From: Paraspadella gotoi
Lineage: Eukaryota > Animalia > Chaetognatha
Direction of reading: 5' to 3'
Length of the DNA stretch: 64,000 nucleotides
NCBI GenBank assembly: GCA_051294375.1
Contig: CM119269.1
Span: forward strand, 9,001,619-9,065,618
The notes beneath the pieces are model-generated. The model saw only the letters and a list, made by a program, of their open reading frames with translations. It did not search any database and was not told the origin of the DNA. Numbering within the stretch: position 1 is the first letter of the stretch; the number at the start of each line of letters is the position of its first letter. The translations under genes were made by a program, and so were the position numbers. Of this stretch, positions 55,663 to 64,000 are shown piece after piece.

Positions 55663-58600
55663 TCTCTCTCTCTCTCTCTCTCTCTCTTCCTCTCCCTCTC
55701 CCTCCTCTCCTCCCTCTTCCCACTACTCGCCCAATCTCCCTTCCCCTCCCTCACCTCTCTCCTCCACCCAACAGGCACGCCTCGATCTGCTCCATCGACT
55801 TCTCCCTCCTCATCCCGTGCTTCCTCAGCATCGGCCTCGCGGACGGAACGCTCTCCGTCTACAACGTCAGAGATTATCGCAACACTCCTGTCCTCGACTC
55901 TTTCTGTTCGCCCAATCATCACGGACACGTCGCGCCGGTGTGGCAGGTCCTATGGGAGTGGTATAGTGGAGGAGACGGTAATGGGGTTGGCAGGACACAC
56001 GGCAGTGATGTGGCAGGTTGAGATGGCAGTGGGGTGGCAAGTAAGATGGCAATTTTGGGCCGGGACAGATGAAAATTTTGTGCCTGGACAGATGGCAGTT
56101 GGGTGTTAGGTCAGATGGCAGTATTTAGGCAAGAAAACTGGGAAAGGAAATGGCAGTGGTGGTAAATTTTAGTTTTTTTAGCGGTTTTAATAAGTAAGAG
56201 GGTAATCTAGAGGCCAATCAGACGGCGATGATATGGCAGATGAAATGGCGTCTGAATCGGAGGTGAAGTGGCGATTTTGACTTTCTCCATCAGACTGGAT
56301 GGATTCCCAAAGAAGATTCCACTTCCTCCATCGGTCTCCCCGAGAGGCTAGTCTCAATCTCCACGGATGGACGAGTTGCAGAGTGGAGAATTCAAAAGGG
56401 TCATTCATTGATTGATTGATTTTGACGAACTTGTAAATAAGTATTAATTCTTGCTTTAATGTCATCACATGCACTAGTAAAATGCTTAGTTAAATACTTA
56501 TTTTCACTATGGAGAGACAGTGCATAAGAAACAAAAATTTTTTTAAATTAATGCCATATATTTCGACTTAATTTCTAAGTCATCATCAGTGGCTGAAAGA
56601 GACAAAACAAGAAAAGGTTTTGTCTCTTTCAGCCACTGATGATTACTTAGATTAGAAATTAAGTCGAAATATATGGCAAAAATTTTTGTTTCTCATGCAC
56701 TGTCTCTCCATAGTGAAAATAAGTATTTAACTAAGTATTAATTCGCTCATTAATTTATTGTTAACTTAAACTTATTCATTAAGTCAATCAATATACCTCG
56801 TCAAATACCTTAAATATATAATACACAATATTAGGTATTTGTCGATGAGTTGGATTGCTTGTTAGCTTGTTTGCTCGCTTGCTTGGTTGCAGGCTTCGAA
56901 GCCAAGGACCTCATGCGACTAAAACGAGTCCAACCTCGTCACGGATTCAACGCCGCCGCCTCCATCTCCAACAAGAAGAAGGAAAGCTGCCTGAGTCGAA
57001 CTGCGGGAGGATTGGCATTTTCTTTCTCCAAGTTGGATCCTCAGTTGTATCTAGTCGGTTTGTTTCATTCATTCAGTCATTCATTCATTCATTCATTCAT
57101 TCATTCATTCATTCATTCATTCATTCATTCATTCATTCATTCATTCATTGATTAATTCATTCATTAATCTATTCATTCATCTTTAACCATCGCCAGGCAC
57201 TGAAGAAGGACTCATCCACTTGTGCAATTGCAATTACAACGAGCAATACGTGGAGACATTCTGGGGTCACACTGGCCCAGTCTTCAAGGTCTTGTGGTCG
57301 CCCTTTGTCCAGGATTGCTTTTTGAGGTCCTTGGGTGACGCGGTGAAGACTTTTGAGAATTAGGGAAATAACGTGATCAATTTTCAGCTGCTCCGGCGAT
57401 TGGTCGATTCGTCTTTGGAGAAGAGGAGAGTTTTCTCCCATCATCAATTTCTACACGGGTGAATAAATATCGACAAACTTATCAAACCGATCATCTAAGC
57501 AACAAACAAACCAATCAATTGACCTTCCAACCAATCAACCTTCACCGACTGACCGACAATTTCGATCTTCTCAGGCACCAAGTCTTACACGAAACTCAAT
57601 TGGTCTCCTCATTGCGCTTACATCTTCGCCGCCATCAACGAAAACGCTGTCGAAATTTGGGACATCACCAAAACTTTTTTGGAGCCGATTTTTCACAAGA
57701 GATCAGGTCTCGTCACTGACTTCATGAGGGACTAAGAGTACCATCTTGGAAAATGAATAAGTCGCCAAACTTCTCGATCATTTTTAAACACCTTCCTAAC
57801 ATAATCGAAAGAAAAAAAATTATATTTCCAGAAACCTTGGCGATTTTCGATCAAATGGAGCCGGTTTATGTTAGATTATGATTAAAATTGCCGTCAGGGC
57901 AGAGGAAAGAAAAGAAGGAGATCGAAAAAAATTTGCTTTCTTTGGCGTATTTCAGATTTTAATAATTTTTTTCCTTCATTTTTTTTTATTTTACACTGTA
58001 TTTTTTTATTATGCCTCAACGTTGGCATTTTATAAGTGATCAACGTGCATCTATAATTGAATTGCACAAAGCGGGTATCAAGAATACTTCCATATCTAAG
58101 CAGCTTAGAGTGAATCTTCGAAGTGTGCAGCGGCGTCGGCGAAGCATTGCATCCTAATTGCATATTGAAGACGGTTAAGCAGCAACCGAGGGTCATGGTG
58201 TTCAGTGCAATCTCTTCCTGTGCCAAGTCAAAGTTAATCTTTATTTCGGGACGCGTTGATGGCGCCAAATACAGAGAAATTCTGGAGGAAGCGAAGATAA
58301 AGGAATTCGTCCGAGGTGGAGTTTTTATGGAAGACAACGCCCCTCCGCATCGAGCCAGGGAGACAAAAGAGTGGCATCGCCGAAATGGGGTTAAACTTCT
58401 ACCTGACTGGCCTGGGAACTCTCCGGATCTCAATCCGATCGAAAATGTATAGTCAGAGATGAAAAATCGACTGAGAAACGAACGTCCAACATCTCTGCAA
58501 GCCAAGAAACGATTTATCAAAAAAGTTTGGGATAACCTCTCCTTGGAATACCTGCAGTCGCTCTATGAGTCAATGCCGAACAGAATAAATGAAGTTGTGA

Positions 58601-59565
58601 AGAGCAAGGGAGTTCACACTACATATTGATACCCATTTTTTCTGTTATATTTAAATTTTAATATACAATTAACTAACTTTAAAATTTGGCGACTTATTCA
58701 TTTTCCAAGATGGTAATTGTTGTCACAATAGCCATGACTTTTAAGTAAACTGAAGTAACCCTGAATTTCATTTCACGTCTTTTAATTAATTTAATGAACT
58801 TTTATGACGTTGAATGACCTTAAATGACCTTTATTGCCCCTGAATGACCTTGAATAACCTTTATTGAACTTGGATCGTTTTATTTTCAAAGAATCCGGCA
58901 CGAAGATCACCAGCGTAAATTTTTCTCCCATTTCGGACGACGCGATAATCTTAGGAGATTCCAATGGGAAAGTCACAGTATACATGGTAAGCTTTGAGTG
59001 CGTCAAGCTGGGAATCTGAAAAGCTTTGAGTTCGCCGATCTTTGCTCATTTACACTTTGAGCATCATGCGCCTTGTCATGCCTTGGGTGTTGCAAACCTT
59101 GCGTATAAAATAACGCGTAAGTTTGGCAAACTTTCAACGCGTCATTTTTCTAATCGATTCAGATAAAAAATATGGAACCGACGCCACCGAATCACAAAAA
59201 AGTGATGCAAGAGATTCTGAACACAATGTCCAAGTCTAACAAAAACGCAGCGTCGCAGAAGATCAAAAAGTAAGTCGTGCGTCGATAACAACAACAACAA
59301 CAAGTAGCTATTTAGTTGGAAATTAATTGATTTCGCAATGAAAGCCTTCTACGTAAATGCAAAGAAGTAAATGCCTTTGCTTTACTTTTTTTATAATTTT
59401 ATTTTTATATTTATCTCAATTCAATTTATAAATTCAAGTATTTTATTTTTGACTATTATTACATTATAATAATTCGTTATATTCAGAGGTGACGATGAAA
59501 ACTCAGAAGGCGAAGGACAGACGACGGAGGGCGTTCCTCATCCAGGCGGCGGAGGAGATTCTTAG
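50310..59565 (+). CDS. DNAI4: Dynein axonemal intermediate chain 4 (WDR78) homolog, WD40 repeats, 20 exons
   Basis: Exons: ~50310-50380, ~50588-50693, 51286-51461, 52497-52670, 53252-53421, 53860-53979, 54079-54132, 54215-54277, 54735-54887, 55048-55134, 55204-55354, 55775-55946, 56294-56399, 56893-57057, 57197-57326, 57388-57458, 57575-57706, 58892-58986, 59163-59269, 59487-59565. WDR78-like motifs: GNENYIPKSSQTINDAPKTKGTQ, FRQHLYMMERALNMN, VTCMTWNKTNSNLLVVGYG, WNVKNLEYPERIF, HVAPVWQ, LVSISTDGRV, KDLMRLKR, YLVGTEEGLIHLCNCNYNEQY, SCSGDWSIRLW. Exons 5-20 splice cleanly in frame. Exons 1, 3 and 4 and the intron-1 acceptor need single-base corrections, probably sequencing errors. Confidence 0.9.
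52060..52420. repeat. ~75-90-bp pyrimidine-rich minisatellite in DNAI4 intron 3
   Basis: CTTCCATCTTCCCTTTCCCCGCTTCTCTAAGCG.CCTTCTCCCCTCCTCCACTTTCCCCCGCTCTAACTATCC recurs about 4 times. Confidence 0.85.
52641..52980 (+). repeat. ~60-bp tandem repeat spanning the DNAI4 exon 4/intron 4 junction
   Basis: Unit GATGGAGATCATCTGTGACCTTTTGCCGAG|GTGAGAATATGGTTACAGACGATGAGAAAG, with diverged copies at ~52701, 52793, 52853 and partial copies at ~52912 and 52952. Confidence 0.85.
54283..54506. repeat. 24-bp quasi-palindromic minisatellite (TTTAAGCTGCTGGAGTTGCTTTAA), ~9 copies, DNAI4 intron 8
   Basis: Read directly; begins 5 nt after the GT donor at 54278. Confidence 0.9.
56481..56739. mobile_element. 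259-bp foldback/palindrome (MITE-like) in DNAI4 intron 13
   Basis: The left arm CTTAGTTAAATACTTATTTTCACTATGGAGAGACAGTGCAT...TCATCAGTGGCTGAAAGAGACAAAAC pairs with the right arm GTTTTGTCTCTTTCAGCCACTGATGA...ATGCACTGTCTCTCCATAGTGAAAATAAGTATTTAACTAAG around an 8-nt loop (56609-56616). Confidence 0.8.
57064..57180. repeat. (TTCA)n microsatellite filling DNAI4 intron 14
   Basis: Read directly. Confidence 0.95.
57741..58713 (+). mobile_element. Tc1/mariner DNA transposon, 973 bp, internally deleted, in DNAI4 intron 17
   Basis: Perfect 29-bp TIRs CCATCTTGGAAAATGAATAAGTCGCCAAA (57741-57769) and TTTGGCGACTTATTCATTTTCCAAGATGG (58685-58713), flanked by TA on both sides; transposase remnant inside. Confidence 0.95.
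58011..58629 (+). pseudogene. Tc1-family transposase pseudogene
   Basis: An N-terminal HTH (MPQRWHFISDQRASIIELHKAGIKNTSISKQLRVNLRSVQR) is fused out of frame to GEALHPNCILKTVKQQPRVMVFSAIS...FMEDNAPPH...DWPGNSPDLNPIENV, then a premature TAG at 58450-58452, then SEMKNRL...LYESMPNRINEVVKSKGVHTTY*. Confidence 0.92.
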
Positions 59566-59597
59566 CTCAGAGTTTTCGTCATCGTCTAAATTTCACG

Positions 59598-59603
59598 AAT
59601 AAA
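59598..59603 (+). promoter_or_regulatory. Putative polyadenylation signal of DNAI4
   Basis: AATAAA 32 nt after the predicted stop codon. Confidence 0.55.
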
Positions 59604-59938
59604 TAATTCATATTACCAAGTATATAATTCGTTCAATGATTAGAAATTTGATTCGTGTTTTTACGAATTTAGTTGACCTGCGAAATGTCATGTAAGTCCG
59701 TCATCCCTTTTTATCCCGTATTTACTTCCCTTTTTTTCTTTTTTCCAATTCGAATCCTGGCGGGCTATTTAGCGAAACCCATTGTTCTCTTGTTCGCTTA
59801 TTCGCCGCCGCTACGAGGCGCTATACGTACATTATTCTTCTGTTTTGACGCGACTCAGTGTAAATCAGGACTTTAAAGCTCGGAAGGAGAAATATAACGA
59901 GGCCGGGGCGACGAGCGTAAAAACCAGACGCATGCTCT

Positions 59939-60027
<89 letters not shown>

Positions 60028-60758
60028 ATAATCTCTCTCTCTCTCTCTTTCCGTCTGAACGCCGATTGCCATCTTTAAGCGTCAATAAATTAATTCCGTC
60101 TCCCAAGACTTCATAAACGCGCGGGCGAAGTTCCTTTGAAAGCGACGCGTCTGTCTCGACCGACGCCGCGCGACCTTACCTTTCACTTACCCTCCTCTCT
60201 CCCACCTACATCGCCGGGTTTCCGAGGGACTCTCTCTCTTTCTCGCTGTCTCTGTCTCGCTCTCCCTCGTCTTTGACGTCGAGGCGCTGTCGTCGGCCGG
60301 AAGTAACGCTAGAGAGAGAGAGAGAGAGAGACAGCGCCCGTCGACGCCGCTCGTCCAATCATAAGCGAGGAGACGACGAAAAAGAACGCCGGACGCCGCC
60401 CCATGGCTGGCCGACAAGCGCCGCCTAGGGCGCCGCTGCCGACGCCGCCCGCCCCGCAGGTGAAAAAAAGGAGAGGGGGAAAAGAATCTAACCATCAATG
60501 TGGCGCCAGCCCCGGGGCCGGCGGCGACGCCGACGGCGGCTGCGGCGGCGGCGGCGGTTTAGGCGGCGCTACACATCGCGTCCTAGCGGAAAATAACGAC
60601 GACGTCGGCGGATAGAGGGGGAAAGGAGGAGAAGGAGAGAGGGAGGGGGAAAGAGGAAGAGGAGGAGGAAGAGAAGGAGGAGATGTTATAAAAGAAGAAT
60701 CAGTGACGCCCTCGACCATCGAATTCAACGACTGGGATGGAGGGAGGGAGAAAGAGAG

Positions 60759-60830
<72 letters not shown>

Positions 60831-61263
60831 TGATTACAAAAGATGGAAAGAAAAGAAAAGTACATAATGATAATGATACTAAATCAATAGGAAAGTTTTT
60901 AAATAATATTAATTTTTTTTTAAAATCTAATCAATGCAAAAAAGTTACAATGTATAAATAGAGAAAAGAAAAACGTGACAAAAAGGAAGAGAAGAAGAGA
61001 AGAGGAGACATGAAAACTTGTTTTCTCGCATTAAGAGGGGAAAAGAAATGTTGTTATAGTCGTAGAAAACTTTTTTTCTCTTTTAACCCGAAAAAGAAAA
61101 AAAAATTTAGAGGAGAATAGGCGGATCTGCACCAATATCTGCGTTTCCTAGGCGGGGAGGAGTAGTGATCGTATGGGGTTCTGGGGTAATGGAGATAGTC
61201 TCTCTACACGTCTCATCAATCTCTCGGTGTGCGCGTCTCTTTGTCAATCTCTCATCTCTCTCA

Positions 61264-61294
<31 letters not shown>

Positions 61295-62219
61295 GTCAAT
61301 CTCACCTTCGGTCTGCTCAGATCTCTTCGGTCTACATTAATTTCTTTAGTCTCTATCTCAATCCCCGCTTCAGGATAATTACAGAGAAGAGAGGATCTAT
61401 TTATTCTTTCTGTGATTTCTCCCTGTCCGTCTTACATTAATAATATGCCCTTTTATATTCCAAATTTGCATTATTATTTAAATGCGGGGTTATCAACATT
61501 AAATATGTTATTTTTGGAATAGTGAGTTTTTTTTACGGGAATTTCTTTATTCATTTGTCATCCTTTATTTCTGATACTAGCCGTAATATTTTATTGTGTT
61601 CAGGGAGTTTTTCACTTGAACAATAATATCTCACTCTCAGTCATATTTTTCGATGGGTATTATAAGATTACAGCGTTAATACTTAGCTTTCGTAATTGTC
61701 ATTCATTACTATGTCATTGTTATCCTTTATTATTTTTCTTCCGTTTGGTTAGTAATACGTTCTATTTCTCTAGATTATGGACCGTTATGTTGATGAGTTC
61801 CCAAGAAGTCCAAACCCATGTGTCGTACTGGTTATTGGGACACTGTATTTTTACACACTAAAGAGTTGAGTAAGTATGGTAAGATACAAAATAGATAAGC
61901 TATTTAGAGTGCACGAAATTATAAGTCATATGAGAAATTATGAAACTCAATCTTTCTTTCCTTGTGTTAATCCCAGGACTTCTTAAGATAACGGAAAAGG
62001 CCCACCGTTTTCACTAAATAGCAGACCGCCTGTCACTGTGCGAGAGGCCAGCCATACTACTCTCGCCCGGCGAGTTCCGCCAGGAATGCCTAACACCAGT
62101 GCGCCTCGTTGGAGAGTGTTTACACCTATGGCGGCGGTTAAGGATTGCGCGAGCCACCTGCAATGATGTTGTGATAGCCTCCGTTCGGCAAATTCCATCT
62201 CCACTAGGTTAAACTGCCT

Positions 62220-62400
62220 GGTCAGGACGGGAAGCAAACGGCCGTGGACGCCGGCGGCCCGGGCGCTGGCGGCGGCGACGCTTGCGGCTGCGGCGTTGTA
62301 GGCCGCCGCCGCGGGACGGCCGAACCGTGGCGCCGGGAACCCCGTACCGAAGCCATTATTAAAGCCATTGGAGAACGTCACGACCAACCGCCGACTTCCA
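62220..62400 (-). CDS. Possible Ala/Gly-rich exon of an unidentified gene
   Basis: GC-rich open frame FSNGFNNGFGTGFPAPRFGRPAAAAYNAAAASVAAASARAAGVHGRLLPVLT downstream of a (CT)-rich tract on the - strand; a GTAAGC donor lies upstream at ~62787. The splice path is unresolved. Confidence 0.3.
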
Positions 62401-64000
62401 GGCGAACACTAGGAACCATATTGCCGGGGAAGTGTGACGGAAGAGGGAGAGGGAGAGGGAAGACGAGGTGGGGAAAGAGGTTAGAAGGGGAAGGAGGTGG
62501 CAGAGTAGGGAGACGGTAAAGTAGGAAAGGAAAGAGAGTTGAATTAAATAAGGGAAACAGGAGCCGAGAAGGCTATTAAATGGAGGAAAAGAGGGGATAG
62601 AGATGGAGGAGAGAGAGAGAGAGAGACGAGAGAGAGAGAGGAGAAAGGAGAGAGAGAGGAGAAGAAGAAGAGAGAGAGAGAGAAGGAGAGAGCCAGAGTA
62701 GAAGAACAGAGAGAGACAGAGAACTTATTGGGGGTTGGGAAGGCAAATGACTTGCTATTCGAGAACTTGAATGTCATTTCGGCTTACCAAGTGGCGCTTG
62801 ACTGGAACAGGTTTGGTGGGGATATTCTAAATCACCCATAAGTCAAAAGTATTTGCCGGTTAAGAGGAAAGGGTCAAGGGTACAAGGCAATAACAATAGT
62901 ATCATTGGTGAGGGTAGGTAGTTAAGAAACGCGGCTCAAATACAATCGCTCGCTGAAGAAGAGTAGCAGATTATAGTCATGCGGAGCGACCAAACCGGGA
63001 TCAAAGAGAGGAGAGAAGAGAGAGAGAGAGAGACAGGTAGAAAGTCAAAAAATAAAGTTTTATTTATATGAGATTGAAGAGAAGAGAGAGAGAGAGAGAG
63101 AGCGGCTAGTAAGAGGCGTTTTTCAAGTATTTCAAAAATAATTTTATGTAGATTAAAAAAAGGAAGAGAGAGAGAAATGAGAAGAGCGAGAGAGAAAATA
63201 AATATAGTTGACAGCTGTTAAATTGGGTTAACGAATCGAGCCATTCGTTGTGCGGAAGTTTAAAAGGAATTGTGTCTTGGCTTTTATTAAAGTAGCGACT
63301 GGTTGCGGGCCGAAACCAAGTCTCTAGGCGGTCAGTCGATGCCGAAGTAAGGTCTGTACAATTCATTCTCTGTGCGTCTATTTGGGGAATAGTTAGTGTA
63401 TTACCGGACGTGAGTATTTATTTTATAGTCCAAATTTCTCATTTTTGTCACTTTCTTTTTTTCCATTGAATCCTCCGGTCTATGTTTTGCGCTCCTCCTC
63501 TAGTGCCATTGTCAACCTACTATAAAATAGATCAATTTCAGGCTACACATTAGTATCGGTATAAAATTGAAAGTTCCGAGCAGGACGTGACAGGAATCTA
63601 CAATAACGTCTTGCGAATGTTCGAAGCGAGGTTGCCAGCCTAAAACGACTGCAACATAATGATTGAACTTAAAAACTTGGTCTGATTAGCCAGAGCGACA
63701 ATAACTACAGAGTAACCAAGAATCCGCCGAAGTCAATTTGAGTGATTTGGTAAAAAAATGTAATTGAGACATTTATGGAATAAACACCAGCAGTGTCAAG
63801 ATGATATAGAAAGAATTCAGAGGAGGCGGAGTTTACAAGATGTTTGTAATATGTTCACGTATGTCGAGAAAGGTGGATAATTACAAGTTTTATTTGACTT
63901 GAGAAAATAAGTTCTCTTCATTAACTAAATTTCTTATAGATTTTTTATATTCAATATAACAGATATAATCCGACGACACACAATAAGATGTATCTCATGT

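Noticed and set aside
56581-56645. Hammerhead ribozyme suggested by CTGATGA and GAAA
   Set aside because: The motifs are simply opposite arms of the palindrome, with no three-stem hammerhead topology. CTGATGA at ~6274 and ~43944 also lacks the required stems.
57894-58520. 208-aa minus-strand ORF
   Set aside because: Antisense shadow of the Tc1 transposase remnant.
60187-60728. GC-rich ORFs and splice-like sites downstream of DNAI4
   Set aside because: Built from (CCG)n/(CGA)n low-complexity sequence common throughout the window; strand and frame could not be fixed.

Overview
This is a eukaryotic, almost certainly animal, AT-rich and microsatellite-saturated window from a draft assembly. It has N-gaps, five of them exactly 25 N, and several adjacent duplicated segments whose extra copies carry dense single-base indels; these look like long-read gap-filling artefacts. 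Well-supported content: (1) a 20-exon + strand gene for an axonemal dynein intermediate chain of the WDR78/DNAI4 type (~50310-59565), with an internally deleted Tc1/mariner element in intron 17 and a 259-bp foldback in intron 13; (2) a two-exon - strand BTB/POZ (SPOP-like) gene (24015-25350) with a frameshifted second copy. Weaker content: fragments of a possible polycystin-like channel gene (~16.4-21.2 kb, -), an unknown multi-exon gene head-to-head with DNAI4 (~46.8-49.2 kb, -), and a few isolated exon candidates. The most interesting signal is intron architecture: degenerate 5' splice sites (including a GC donor), very few phase-0 introns, introns bracketed by complementary (GA)-rich 5' and (CT)-rich 3' tracts, and minisatellites grown from exon-intron junctions. 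Most ORFs in the supplied track are simple-repeat translations. All family assignments come from motif recognition by eye; no database search was run.
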